Source: Staphylococcus phage vB_SurM-PSU4. From it: a stretch of 64,000 bases of DNA. This document shows, piece by piece, positions 18,507 to 28,569 of the stretch. The notes under the pieces are model-generated. The model had not been told where the DNA came from. It did no database searches and worked only from the letters and a program-made list of their open reading frames with translations. The first letter of the stretch is position 1. Every line of letters begins with the position of its first letter. The translations under genes were made by a program, and so were the position numbers. The stretch lies in sequence record OL436245.1; one strand, given 5' to 3'.

Positions 18507-19235
18507 TTATAATATCTCTTTAAGTTTTTCTGAGATTAAAAATCTAGTTACATCTTGTTTAATTTCTTCTTCTATCGGTTCTGATAGTTTTCTTAGTCTT
18601 TTAATTGTTGTTTTGTTTTCTTTTAGTTTTTCTTTAACTTCTTGAATTAAGTTTTCTGCATACTCTTTGTCTATATAGAATTTATCACCACTACGTTTTG
18701 TGTCTATAACATAGCTTGGTAAATCCACTTTAGAAAATGTAGTATAATCAATGTAGTTATCAAAATTATCTAAAATATCTTTATACTTATTTAAATGATA
18801 CATAAATGTTTTAACCTTAACATTTTCTTTACCTGTTAAATGGTCTTTGTTCATATATTTATTGAGCTGTCCACATACTGAATAAACTTGTTCTTTGAAT
18901 CTTGAACGAACAAATATAGAAAAGAAACTACGGTCATAAAAATGGTGTAGTATTTTCTTGTTAACTTCTGAATCTTCAGCTTGTTCAAGTTGTGCACATA
19001 GTAATAGTATATTGTCAAACCCACCTTTTAAAATTAAGGATACAAACCTCTCTACAGAGTAATATCTCACATCCCCTGAGTGATAACTTGCTTTTTCATT
19101 GTTTCTAAAGATAACATCTTCTAGTGGTTGTTGGACGATGAACATTAAGTCTAGGTATGAATGTTCATCACTCGTTCCTTGATAAGTACTACCAAATTCA
19201 ATTGATGTTAATTCTTTACATTTACTAATATCCAT
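18507..19235 (-). CDS. nucleotidyltransferase-fold (Pol-beta superfamily) protein
   Basis: N-terminal FGSTYQGTSDEHSYLDLMFIV fits the minimal NTase signature G[GS]x9-13 D-x-[DE]. Confidence 0.4.
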   Translation of the reverse strand: MDISKCKELTSIEFGSTYQGTSDEHSYLDLMFIVQQPLEDVIFRNNEKASYHSGDVRYYSVERFVSLILKGGFDNILLLCAQLEQAEDSEVNKKILHHFYDRSFFSIFVRSRFKEQVYSVCGQLNKYMNKDHLTGKENVKVKTFMYHLNKYKDILDNFDNYIDYTTFSKVDLPSYVIDTKRSGDKFYIDKEYAENLIQEVKEKLKENKTTIKRLRKLSEPIEEEIKQDVTRFLISEKLKEIL

Positions 19236-19262
19236 TTAATCCCTCTTTTCTTACTATTTATT

Positions 19263-19517
19263 TCAATCATAATAAGTCTCATTCCCTATATCCATGCTAT
19301 ATTCCCATTTACCTTTAATAAACGTAAAATCTTCTTCTATTTGTCCTTCAACTCTTTTAATTCCTGACTTATAAAACAACCAGGGTTCATCATCTAACAT
19401 AAATACATTTAAGTCTTGTTTATCTTCTACTACTATACCCCATGTATCATCTTCTTTTGATTTTACTAAATCTCCTACAACTAATTTCTCTTTCTCAGTT
19501 ACTTTAACATATATCAT
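19263..19517 (-). CDS. hypothetical protein
   Basis: ORF. Confidence 0.4.
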   Translation of the reverse strand: MIYVKVTEKEKLVVGDLVKSKEDDTWGIVVEDKQDLNVFMLDDEPWLFYKSGIKRVEGQIEEDFTFIKGKWEYSMDIGNETYYD

Positions 19518-19529
19518 TTTAGTACCTCC

Positions 19530-19754
19530 TTAAAATAAAATAGTTCCTGCTACAGTGTAATCATCTCTTTCTAGACAATACTGCTGTAGCTTAATGTAAT
19601 TGTCTTTATTAATATCTGATACATCAATTTGTAATACACCTTTATCAGTGTCTGCATTAAATTCTGTGTTAATAATTGCTAAAATATTACCACTAAATCT
19701 AACCTTACATGGTTTATTCTTTTTAATAGTTTCTAATACCTTTTTATAATTCAT
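19530..19754 (-). CDS. hypothetical protein
   Basis: ORF. Confidence 0.4.
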   Translation of the reverse strand: MNYKKVLETIKKNKPCKVRFSGNILAIINTEFNADTDKGVLQIDVSDINKDNYIKLQQYCLERDDYTVAGTILF

Positions 19755-19787
19755 TTGTAATTCCTCCTTTTAAAATATAAATCCTAA

Positions 19788-19991
19788 TTATTCTAATGCT
19801 TTGTTAACTTCACTTAAAGTCAGTAGTAATTCAGTCATTACATTTCTCTTTTCAAAATCAGATACCGGTAAATCAAGGTACTCTTTAATAATCTTATGTG
19901 CTTGAACGTAACCTAAATCGTCTATATTTTCCGAGTTACGTACTACTCTATTTGATTTTTTGTATAATCTTTCAATTTGTTTGTTATTCAT
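19788..19991 (-). CDS. hypothetical protein
   Basis: ORF. Confidence 0.4.
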   Translation of the reverse strand: MNNKQIERLYKKSNRVVRNSENIDDLGYVQAHKIIKEYLDLPVSDFEKRNVMTELLLTLSEVNKALE

Positions 19992-20067
19992 ATTAATCTC
20001 TCCTTTTCTTTATATATAAAGTATACTATAGAAGATAACTGTTGTCAACAGGTATTTACAAATTTAT

Positions 20068-20595
20068 TTAGTTTTTAATTTCTCCATTATATTCACTTGC
20101 TCTACTTATAATGTCATTAAAACTATAGGAAATCTTACCTTCTACATCATACCCTACATTAATGTGATAATCTGTATCCATTAGTTGTGAATGTATATGA
20201 CCATGAATATTAAACATGTTTTTTCTACCTATTAGCGTAGGATAATGACTTAGATAAAATCTCTTACCATCTTTTTTAACCATATCTGCATATTTTACTG
20301 TAATGCCATTACGCTCATATAATTTTATAAGTTTTTTATGGTCATGGTTACCTGCAATTAACACCATCTCTTTGTAATTTAGTCTGTTAAGTATTTCTTC
20401 TACTTTAGAAGGCTTCATATTGAAAAAGAAGTCTCCAATATTGTAAACAATATCGTTATTTGTAATTGTATTATTCCACAATTCAATTAAGCCTTCATTC
20501 ATTTCTTCTACTGAGTTCCAACGACTTCTTGTAGGTGCTTCAAATTCTCTGATATTATCATGACCAAAATGTAAATCACTAACAAAATAAATCAT
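20068..20595 (-). CDS. calcineurin-like metallophosphoesterase
   Basis: motifs DLHFGH, GDFFF, GNHD, GHIH. Confidence 0.65.
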   Translation of the reverse strand: MIYFVSDLHFGHDNIREFEAPTRSRWNSVEEMNEGLIELWNNTITNNDIVYNIGDFFFNMKPSKVEEILNRLNYKEMVLIAGNHDHKKLIKLYERNGITVKYADMVKKDGKRFYLSHYPTLIGRKNMFNIHGHIHSQLMDTDYHINVGYDVEGKISYSFNDIISRASEYNGEIKN

Positions 20596-20802
20596 TTATC
20601 TTCTCTCCTTATCAAATTCTTTAGTAGTTTTAATACTGTATTCTGTGTCAGGATTACGCTCTTCTAGTCTTTCTTTAAGTTCTTCTAAGATAGATATATC
20701 TCTATTTGCTCTGATTTGTCTAGGTACTTTTTTCTTACCTACTTTATCATAATAACATAAAGCATACCATGTCTCCATTTTAATCCTCCTTATTAAAGTC
20801 AA
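20596..20802 (-). CDS. hypothetical protein
   Basis: ORF abutting the phosphatase gene. Confidence 0.4.
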   Translation of the reverse strand: MTLIRRIKMETWYALCYYDKVGKKKVPRQIRANRDISILEELKERLEERNPDTEYSIKTTKEFDKERR

Positions 20803-21142
20803 ATAAACGTTCTGTAATTTCTTTAGTACGTTTGTCCCTAGTTACAGGAATGTGTAAATACTTAATATTTGATGCTTTCTCTAAATGAATATAAACAATT
20901 TCATATTTTTCTCCATTGGGTGTATTGTCCTCTTCTTCATATATAGAGCTATAAAATACACCTCTAATCTCAAATAAATGACTCTCATGATTAATAGGAA
21001 AGTCATCAATCCATCCTATAAACTCATAATCTGAATTAAGTACTTTATATCTATAACCTTCTTTTCCACCTGAACCATGATAAGATTGTCTAATAATTAA
21101 ATCTGATTTCATTTCTATCATCCTCCTATTTATAATATACAA
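20780..21142 (-). CDS. hypothetical protein
   Basis: ORF. Confidence 0.4.
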   Translation of the reverse strand: MYIINRRMIEMKSDLIIRQSYHGSGGKEGYRYKVLNSDYEFIGWIDDFPINHESHLFEIRGVFYSSIYEEEDNTPNGEKYEIVYIHLEKASNIKYLHIPVTRDKRTKEITERLFDFNKED

Positions 21143-21206
21143 TACTATTATCTGTATGTCAACATTTATTTTAAAATTAAGAGGTTCAATTAAGAACCTC
21201 TATAAA

Positions 21207-22226
21207 TTACATAAGTAAAGGTTCTGCAACCTCGTGTAGATACTTACGTAAATCTTCAATATTTTTAATTTCTTTATTTTTAACAACATTTACAAGTGTA
21301 GTTTCCGCTTCGTTTAGTGTTAAATTGAATGTTGTTTTATTAGTTTTTTTATTATATTTTAAAGTTATTTTATATCCCATTGTTAAATCTATATTTAAAG
21401 TATTTTCATTTTTTACAGTTAATTTTGATGTAGGAATATACCCACCAATATAAATTGGGGATGATAGCATAGCAAGAATCATCGGTAGTCTATCTTTCTC
21501 TTGGGTACCTTTTTCTGCTTTTTCTTTTGCGTGTAAGTACTCACTTTTAGCTCCTAATAAACAATCACTTATCCATTGTTCTATATCTTCAAGTTCATTT
21601 GGTATTCTAAACTGGTAGACATTATCAAGCGATACACTTAATGTATTTAAGTCTCCTTCTACTACAGTAACAGGGATTTTCTTATCTAATTCTTCATCAT
21701 ATAAATAGAAAATAATACCATCATTATTCCCTTGTCTAAAATAATGTACATACCTATTATTGTTCTTATTTAATGTGTTAAAGTTATTAGTTCTAGGATA
21801 ATCACCAATTTCATCTCTTTGTTCAATATAATCTTTCCACTTAGTTAAAAATGGTGAAAGCTTGTTAACTTCATTAATAAAATGCAATGATTCTTCCATG
21901 TTTTTATCTCTTAAGTTTTCTTCAATAAAATCAAAAGCTAATCGAGTACCTTCTTCAAAGTCTTTTACGTCAGCTAAATAGTTATAAAAATCATTATGGT
22001 CACAGTGTGTTGCACAATACCCATTAACTTGAATAATTTTAAAAACGAAGTTAAAGTCTTCCTCAGTTAATGGTCTCTCTAATGTATCTAAATCAATTTC
22101 TTTTTTAACTGAAACTAAAAGTACCTTCTTGCCATTTTCCGTATACGAGTGGTTAAATACATTTAAATATTTACCTTCCCCTGTTAAAAATCGTTTTACT
22201 TTTAATTTCTTTTTATCAAATTCCAT
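21207..22226 (-). CDS. hypothetical protein (339 aa)
   Basis: ORF. Confidence 0.5.
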   Translation of the reverse strand: MEFDKKKLKVKRFLTGEGKYLNVFNHSYTENGKKVLLVSVKKEIDLDTLERPLTEEDFNFVFKIIQVNGYCATHCDHNDFYNYLADVKDFEEGTRLAFDFIEENLRDKNMEESLHFINEVNKLSPFLTKWKDYIEQRDEIGDYPRTNNFNTLNKNNNRYVHYFRQGNNDGIIFYLYDEELDKKIPVTVVEGDLNTLSVSLDNVYQFRIPNELEDIEQWISDCLLGAKSEYLHAKEKAEKGTQEKDRLPMILAMLSSPIYIGGYIPTSKLTVKNENTLNIDLTMGYKITLKYNKKTNKTTFNLTLNEAETTLVNVVKNKEIKNIEDLRKYLHEVAEPLLM

Positions 22227-22286
22227 AAAACCTCTCCTTTATTGTTTATGTATATATAATATCACATATAAATATCTATGTCAATA

Positions 22287-22322
22287 AAAAAGAGACACCT
22301 TTTTTAGGTGTCTCTTTTTCTT
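22287..22322. terminator. bidirectional hairpin terminator
   Basis: aaagagacacct tttttt aggtgtctcttt, flanked by A-runs and T-runs on both sides. Confidence 0.5.
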
Positions 22323-22386
22323 TTAAGTTTTTGAATTAGTAACTCTATTTTGATTTTAATATATTCTAGAATATTCATAGTCTAAC

Positions 22387-22560
22387 CTACTTTGCGAAGT
22401 ATTCCCAATTCCAATACGTACCATCATATGAGAATTTATATTTAAAACCGTCTAATTCAAAACCAATATCATATTTTTCGTTCTTCAAAGGCTTATCGTT
22501 TAACACAGGACTATTACTTTTTGCTAATTCTGCTAAAAATTCTTTACTAACTTCTAACAT
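22387..22560 (-). CDS. small hypothetical protein (57 aa; below the ORF-track cutoff)
   Basis: ATG at 22560 overlaps the stop of 22554..22931; translated MLEVSKEFLAELAKSNSPVLNDKPLKNEKYDIGFELDGFKYKFSYDGTYWNWEYFAK. Confidence 0.35.
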   Translation of the reverse strand: MLEVSKEFLAELAKSNSPVLNDKPLKNEKYDIGFELDGFKYKFSYDGTYWNWEYFAK

Positions 22561-22931
22561 TCTTTTTCACGCTCCTCGTAATTAATGTAGCATTTTACAT
22601 ATTTTTCTAGGAATGTTGTGATTACTTTGTTTGGGTTTTCTTTATAAAGTTTGTTGAGTTCGTATTGTGTCAATGTCTTCTCTAGTATTACATCTATTAA
22701 ATGATTGTGAACATCTTCTAGATTAAAACAATGTTCCGCCATATAATCTAGGTCTATTTTAACATAAATAACTTCTCCACGTTTATTGTCATTTACTCTA
22801 GCTGTATAGTAACGTGTTGTTCCTAAATTATGTGCATGTGTAGCCACATTACCGTCTAAGAACACGTAGCTTTCGTCTAATATTTCTTCTAGGAATACTT
22901 CGATTAATTGTGCCAAAAGTTTCTTATTCAT
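22554..22931 (-). CDS. hypothetical protein
   Basis: ORF. Confidence 0.45.
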   Translation of the reverse strand: MNKKLLAQLIEVFLEEILDESYVFLDGNVATHAHNLGTTRYYTARVNDNKRGEVIYVKIDLDYMAEHCFNLEDVHNHLIDVILEKTLTQYELNKLYKENPNKVITTFLEKYVKCYINYEEREKEC

Positions 22932-23340
22932 AGAGAGAAAGACCTTCTCTTAGTCTGACAAAGTAAGTAAAGATTTTAATTAACTCTTTATAAGTATCAT
23001 CTTTACGTCCTAAACGTGTTGTGTATTTTACAATATTAAATACCATAGACCCTACAAATTGCTCTCTTGTGAAGTATTCTTCCTGTAGAAATTGAATAAC
23101 ATCCACCTCACCATTATAGTGACTAGGAATACTAATGTCTTCCTTAGTGATTGTATAATCAAAGTAACTACTTAAATCTATGATTGCAGTTCCTAAATAG
23201 TCTAAAACTTGCTCACTTGGTTCCTCGAACAAATTTATATCTTGAGTAACATAAAAAGCATTATCTAAAACTTTCTGCTTAATTTCCTTAAGTTTTTGTT
23301 CATCTTTACCTTGTGTTTCTAAAAATTCCTTTGTATCCAT
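22924..23340 (-). CDS. hypothetical protein
   Basis: ORF. Confidence 0.45.
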   Translation of the reverse strand: MDTKEFLETQGKDEQKLKEIKQKVLDNAFYVTQDINLFEEPSEQVLDYLGTAIIDLSSYFDYTITKEDISIPSHYNGEVDVIQFLQEEYFTREQFVGSMVFNIVKYTTRLGRKDDTYKELIKIFTYFVRLREGLSLYE

Positions 23341-23488
23341 ATATCATTCTCCTTTTATTTTCTATATTAAGTATAACACAAAAGATAATTAATTGCAAAC
23401 AAAAACCCCTAACCGAAGTCAGGGGTAAAAAGGAAAAAAGATATTATGGAGTTTGTGCCAATTGACACATTTTTAATATATCATTTTG

Positions 23489-23683
23489 TTAATAGTTTAT
23501 GTCGTTTACATTAATATTTTTAATACTTCCATCTAAATAATCATTAGGGTTATTATTCATATCTTCTTCTATTTCTTCCACAATGTTTTGGTCTTCATTA
23601 AAGTCTACATTCCAAGTGACATGTTTAGATAAAGACACAGTGTAATCTATTCTTACAGTCCGTTCATTCATTTCATCTTTCAT
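23489..23683 (-). CDS. hypothetical acidic protein
   Basis: ORF. Confidence 0.35.
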   Translation of the reverse strand: MKDEMNERTVRIDYTVSLSKHVTWNVDFNEDQNIVEEIEEDMNNNPNDYLDGSIKNINVNDINY

Positions 23684-23842
23684 TTAAAAACCCCATTTAA
23701 ATGTTTGTGGTCTATTTCGTTGAAACCTGGTAAATCTATATCATCATTTGCTGTTAAGTAGTAGTTTAATTCTTGAATAAGATATTTCGTTAATACAATA
23801 AGTGGTATTGTAATTGATAGTATAATTATTAGTTTCTTCATA
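23684..23842 (-). CDS. small membrane protein (52 aa; below the ORF-track cutoff)
   Basis: RBS aaggtgag before ATG at 23842; N-terminus MKKLIIILSITIPLIVLTKYLI is a hydrophobic helix. Confidence 0.35.
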
Positions 23843-23851
23843 TTCTCACCT

Positions 23852-24661
23852 TTACTTTAAGTCTTCAGATTTTACAAAAGTACCGTTAATAATCTTACCT
23901 GTCCGACCTTTAATCTCACTATAGGCACACTGTAAGCACTCTTCTAAAGTCATATCATGTTGTTGTGCTAGGATAATTAAAGTTACAACCGTATCTCCAA
24001 TACCATCTTTTAAGTCTTCTAAGTTACCTCTAGATAGTGCAGATGCGACCTCTCCAGATTCCTCGAAAAATTTTAATGCTTGTCTATCTGGATTTCCTGT
24101 ATCTAATCCTTTATCTTTACTCCATTGTTCTACTGATTTTACTAACTCTTCCATTCCTAATCTCTCCTCATATTCTTTTATTAATTTTTCCATAGTTTTT
24201 AATTCTTCATGAAGTTTTACGATTTGTTTTTTATATTCTTCTCTATCAGAAAAAACACTAGCTTTAACATAATCGCTTTGACGTAGCTCTTCTTTGAGTT
24301 TTTTGTTTTCTTTCTCTAAATCTTTACATTTAATTGAATAATGTCTAACATCTTCTAATAGCTTAAGGTCATTATCTTCAAGTTTATCTCTTAGTTGTTC
24401 ATTTTCTTCTCTTAAATAATTCTTTCTATCTGCCCAATCTGTATTGCCTTCTGAATCTGTTTTTTGACTGTCTTTGTATAATACAGACATAACATATTCA
24501 CTTTTTATTGTTACCATTTCCTTTATTTTCCTATCAAATAGCTCAATGTAATCGTGTGAATCAATATATTTTAAAACATCTTTTTCCCCATGAAAATCAG
24601 TTATAATCTCATATTCTTTACCATTTGTCATTTTGACAATATATCTAAAATTATACTCCAT
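23852..24661 (-). CDS. MazG-like nucleotide pyrophosphohydrolase domain protein (C-terminal) with coiled-coil N-terminal region
   Basis: C-terminus KFFEESGEVASALSRGNLEDLKDGIGDTVVTLIILAQQHDMTLEE matches the MazG EExGE...GD signature. Confidence 0.55.
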   Translation of the reverse strand: MEYNFRYIVKMTNGKEYEIITDFHGEKDVLKYIDSHDYIELFDRKIKEMVTIKSEYVMSVLYKDSQKTDSEGNTDWADRKNYLREENEQLRDKLEDNDLKLLEDVRHYSIKCKDLEKENKKLKEELRQSDYVKASVFSDREEYKKQIVKLHEELKTMEKLIKEYEERLGMEELVKSVEQWSKDKGLDTGNPDRQALKFFEESGEVASALSRGNLEDLKDGIGDTVVTLIILAQQHDMTLEECLQCAYSEIKGRTGKIINGTFVKSEDLK

Positions 24662-24873
24662 TACTTGAGTTCTCCTTTTTCTAATTCTTCAATTTGTTTC
24701 TTAGCATTCTGCCACTCGTCAAAGCAAGTATTATTTTGTAAACGTAAGGCTTTGTTTTCGTGTTTTAGTTCTTTATTTTCCTCATATGCTTGTTTATAAG
24801 AACGTTGAAATGCTATTTTCTGTGTTTTTAATTTTTCATTTTCTTCTTTGAGTTGTTCTATTTCAGTTAACAA
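24661..24873 (-). CDS. hypothetical coiled-coil protein
   Basis: ORF with heptad-like K/E-rich sequence. Confidence 0.35.
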   Translation of the reverse strand: MLTEIEQLKEENEKLKTQKIAFQRSYKQAYEENKELKHENKALRLQNNTCFDEWQNAKKQIEELEKGELK

Positions 24874-24995
24874 ATAAGCCTTTGTGCGGTTTACTTTTTC
24901 CTCCTTTTATCTTATATATTAATGATACCATGTTTAAAACTTATTGTCAATTAAAAATAAGGGTTTATTAGACCCTTATTTTGATTTAACATGTA

Positions 24996-25430
24996 TTAAA
25001 TAAAAGCATCTACTAAGTTATCTATAATTTTATCTTTAATGTGGATATTTTTATTTAAACATTTATATTCTACAACATTAGGATGTGTTAAATTTCTTTG
25101 AGAAAATACATCGCCTCTAACATATCCCTTTTCTTTCATATCTTCTAACCATAAGTTATGAAAATCTTCTGAATTTAACTCTGGACATTCAATTCTCATT
25201 CTAATTTGTGTTCTTATTTGATTTGCAAACTCTGAATCCATACGTACATCTTTACATATTTTTTGAGTTTCTAACATATTTAATGTAGCTTGGGTTAAGT
25301 TATCTAACATAATTTCTTCATATTCATCTGTTAATTTACTTACATTATTATATGTATTAGAAACATATTTATTATCTGCTTTACTGGAAAGTTCTTCCAT
25401 ATCATCTACTATTTTATTAATTACAATCAT
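24996..25430 (-). CDS. hypothetical protein
   Basis: ORF. Confidence 0.45.
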   Translation of the reverse strand: MIVINKIVDDMEELSSKADNKYVSNTYNNVSKLTDEYEEIMLDNLTQATLNMLETQKICKDVRMDSEFANQIRTQIRMRIECPELNSEDFHNLWLEDMKEKGYVRGDVFSQRNLTHPNVVEYKCLNKNIHIKDKIIDNLVDAFI

Positions 25431-25639
25431 TTCCCTACCCCTTTCGCATTTACGACTTGGTTTAAAATCTTATTATATAATGGTGTTCCTTTATCTAATT
25501 TTTCTAATATTTCTTTCGCTTCTTCTACTTCTATAATTACTTTTGCTTCCATGTTTTACCAATCCTTTCTTTTAACTTAACTATATTATAACATCTAATT
25601 ATTAAAAATACAAGTATAAAATATAAAAAAAGAAGGCTA

Positions 25640-25900
25640 TTAAAAGCCTTCTAATCTCGTAGTATATGTTGTAGTTTCTATTTTATTAATAGGTGTAACA
25701 TTATCATTCTCTAATAATGATTCATACTTCCTAGAATTCTTAAACTTAATTGTATTAGGTATCGCTAAAGCTTCTTCTAATATTTTTGTAAAAGAGATAG
25801 GTACGCTATTATGATTAACTTCCTTAACATACTTCTCTTCTATTTCATCATAAAATACTATTTCATTTTTATTTTGTACGGTTTCTTTACTGTACTCCAT
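25640..25900 (-). CDS. hypothetical protein
   Basis: ORF. Confidence 0.4.
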   Translation of the reverse strand: MEYSKETVQNKNEIVFYDEIEEKYVKEVNHNSVPISFTKILEEALAIPNTIKFKNSRKYESLLENDNVTPINKIETTTYTTRLEGF

Positions 25901-25911
25901 TTAATACCCCC

Positions 25912-26997
25912 TCACCAAAATCTTTTTTCTTCTGTAAAATCCAAATAATCATAGTAATCATCAGTATTACAAGTATTTATACCATAGATACTATGAAATT
26001 CTCTATGACAATCCTCACATAAAGTAACTCCGTTATTCAAGTCTAGTCTTTTTTCTTTATTGATAGAATAAGGTTCTAAATGATGGGCATGTAACCTATT
26101 ACCAAAACTCCAACATACTTGACATGTATAATTATCTCTAACAAATACTGTTTTTACCCACTCTTTGTATTCAGGATAAGAACGTCTTAATAATCTTTCT
26201 TCCTTAGATAAGTTATGGTTCCAATTAGGGTTTTCTTCTCCTTTTTTGTAACCACACCCACATCTAATACCTTTTTTTATAGTTGGTAAATATCCTTTAG
26301 CTATATTCCCACACGAACATTTATATGTTATGGGTAAATCTATATTTTCGTATCCTCCAAGGTATTCTAAACCTAATGTCTCTAATTCTTTTTTAATATA
26401 GTCTATACTAAGTTTTTGCTCCTTTGCTCTTTTATTATCAGAACATTTTTTACAATTATATTTTTTATATAAATAAAAAGGTTTATCATTTACATGATTA
26501 TTCTTACATTTATATACTACATTAATTCTTTGTCTTTTTTTATCGTAGTATACTTCTAAAAGTTTATCTTCTACATGTTTAAAATAACTTTCTATTTCTT
26601 CATACGGTGTAGTTATTTTCTTATGTCGTAAATCGTACCCACATTTTTGACATCTTTTTCTTTTTTTAAAATCATCAGGTAAAATATCTGATTTATTACC
26701 ACACTTACAAATAAATCTCCATCTACTTTTTGCAGGTTTATATTCAGTTTCTAGACAAATACATCCGTTATCTTCAAACAATTTTTTTATTTTATTATAA
26801 TAATTTATTTTACTTTTAGTAATACAACCACAAGAGTACTTAGTACCTTTTAGTAAATTCGTTCCTGCTACATTATATATAATATTTCCACAGGAACACT
26901 TACAATTCCAAGTAGCATTTCCAGAAGAAGTGTTATCCCCTCTAGAAAATACTGTTAACATATTAAATTTTTTTCCTAATAAGTTTTTCATCCCCAT
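25912..26997 (-). CDS. HNH homing-endonuclease-like protein with N-terminal Cys-rich zinc-finger repeats
   Basis: C-terminal NYTCQVCWSFGNRLHAHHLEPYSINKEKRLDLNNGVTLCEDCHREFH is an HNH motif; at least seven CxxC/CxC pairs upstream. Confidence 0.7.
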   Translation of the reverse strand: MGMKNLLGKKFNMLTVFSRGDNTSSGNATWNCKCSCGNIIYNVAGTNLLKGTKYSCGCITKSKINYYNKIKKLFEDNGCICLETEYKPAKSRWRFICKCGNKSDILPDDFKKRKRCQKCGYDLRHKKITTPYEEIESYFKHVEDKLLEVYYDKKRQRINVVYKCKNNHVNDKPFYLYKKYNCKKCSDNKRAKEQKLSIDYIKKELETLGLEYLGGYENIDLPITYKCSCGNIAKGYLPTIKKGIRCGCGYKKGEENPNWNHNLSKEERLLRRSYPEYKEWVKTVFVRDNYTCQVCWSFGNRLHAHHLEPYSINKEKRLDLNNGVTLCEDCHREFHSIYGINTCNTDDYYDYLDFTEEKRFW

Positions 26998-27018
26998 AGA
27001 GAGAATAACCTCCTGTCT

Positions 27019-27777
27019 TTATATTATACCATATTTATTATTATACTCTTTTAATGTTCCTCTGTTTTCTAGTTCATAGAATACAGGGTCTACGTTTTTA
27101 TCTGTTCTTAAAATGTCTTCTATCAAATCTACCACAGGGTGTCTATGTGTTTGAACCATGTTAATATGGTCAAAGAATTCTTGTTCTGGGTCTTTTTCAT
27201 ATAAACCTTTTAGTAATTGATAAAAACCATTCTGTTCAGGGTTTCTTAATTTCTTATCATCAATTTGACTAAAGTTACCCATCAGAATTAACTTAGCATT
27301 TTCCGCTTTTAACCTAGTAGCTATAGCGGTAATCGTGTGTATATCTAAGTTTTGAACTTCATCTATAATAATCCATCCATCTAAAGACCTTCCTCTAATA
27401 GATTGTATACTATCAAAGAAAACTTTTTTCTTACTATCGTCTTGACCTTCAAACAATAAATAATCTTTTATATTACTATTTTCAGAAGACATAACATCTA
27501 AGTTATCTAAGAAGGGGGCGATATAAGGATATAACTTCTCTCCATCACTCCCTGGTAGGAAGCCTCTGTCAGCCCCAACATCCACTTGCAATCTAGTATA
27601 TATTAACCTTTTAAACTCTTTAGTTTCTATAACTTTTTCAAGTCCAACTGCTTGAGCTAATAAAGATTTACCTACTCCTGAAGTACCTGTTAAAATTGTT
27701 ATAGGTTTATCATTATCTAAAGCTCTCAAAGCTAATTTTTGTTCTTCGTTTTTTGCACTAATTCCAAAGTATGCCAT
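27019..27777 (-). CDS. PhoH-like ATPase
   Basis: Walker A GTSGVGKS, Walker B IIIDEVQNLD. Confidence 0.75.
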   Translation of the reverse strand: MAYFGISAKNEEQKLALRALDNDKPITILTGTSGVGKSLLAQAVGLEKVIETKEFKRLIYTRLQVDVGADRGFLPGSDGEKLYPYIAPFLDNLDVMSSENSNIKDYLLFEGQDDSKKKVFFDSIQSIRGRSLDGWIIIDEVQNLDIHTITAIATRLKAENAKLILMGNFSQIDDKKLRNPEQNGFYQLLKGLYEKDPEQEFFDHINMVQTHRHPVVDLIEDILRTDKNVDPVFYELENRGTLKEYNNKYGII

Positions 27778-27950
27778 ATTTACAAGTATCCCCTTACTGT
27801 CTATTTTGTTCTACAAATGATAATAAGTCTTCTAAAGAATCAATAAGTTCATTATTCTTCTCATCTTCACTATCTATTTGTAGGTCATGTATTTTACCTT
27901 TAATATAATCTAAAGCTATATCTAAGTTCTCGTATTTCAAATTACCACTC

Positions 27951-28409
27951 CTAGTTGATTGAACTTGTTGCTAGGTCATCTGCCCTTTCATTCCATTTAT
28001 CCCCTAATTCTTTTGAGTGTGCTTTCACCTTTTTAAAGTTTATATCAATATATTGTTCTAGATGCCTCATTGTACTTATATAAGCTTGACTTAATTCATT
28101 CTTAGCTCTCCAAGCACCACTACGCCATTTAATCAAACCAATATAATCTACATAAACTTCTACAGACTTATAACCTAGTTCTATACACTTCTCAACACCA
28201 TAAAGACAAGCAAATATTTCACCTGCAACATTATTATACTTAACAAATTGTGGGTACTTTCCTTTAATACTTGCACTGTAGATTTCTGAGTCGTTTTCTA
28301 CAATTACATATCCAGAGCCATAGAGACCTCTCTTGTATGAACTTGCACCATCTGTATATAGTTTAAGCATATAAGAAGTCCTCTCTATTAATAATATAAG
28401 GAAATTCAC
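27951..28409 (-). CDS. ribonuclease H (RNase HI-like)
   Basis: LYTDGAS ... GYV ... E ... D ... HSKELGDKWNERADDLA pattern of the RNase H fold. Confidence 0.65.
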   Translation of the reverse strand: MNFLILLIERTSYMLKLYTDGASSYKRGLYGSGYVIVENDSEIYSASIKGKYPQFVKYNNVAGEIFACLYGVEKCIELGYKSVEVYVDYIGLIKWRSGAWRAKNELSQAYISTMRHLEQYIDINFKKVKAHSKELGDKWNERADDLATSSIN

Positions 28410-28557
28410 TATCGTTATTTTGGTAATTTAAAAAATACACTTTAATATCTTTATAATCAAAGAAAGCAAAACAATGTTTCTTAACTTCATCTTCATTCTT
28501 AGCAACCGCAAACATTTCTCGACCATCAACAATTACTCTATATAAACATTTTAACAT
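28363..28557 (-). CDS. hypothetical protein (overlaps the RNase H start by 47 nt)
   Basis: ORF. Confidence 0.35.
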   Translation of the reverse strand: MLKCLYRVIVDGREMFAVAKNEDEVKKHCFAFFDYKDIKVYFLNYQNNDSEFPYIINREDFLYA

Positions 28558-28569
28558 ATGGTAATCCTC

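Noticed and set aside
24590-24799. Plus-strand 69-aa ORF
   Set aside because: Antisense overlap with the MazG-domain gene and the coiled-coil gene; no RBS.
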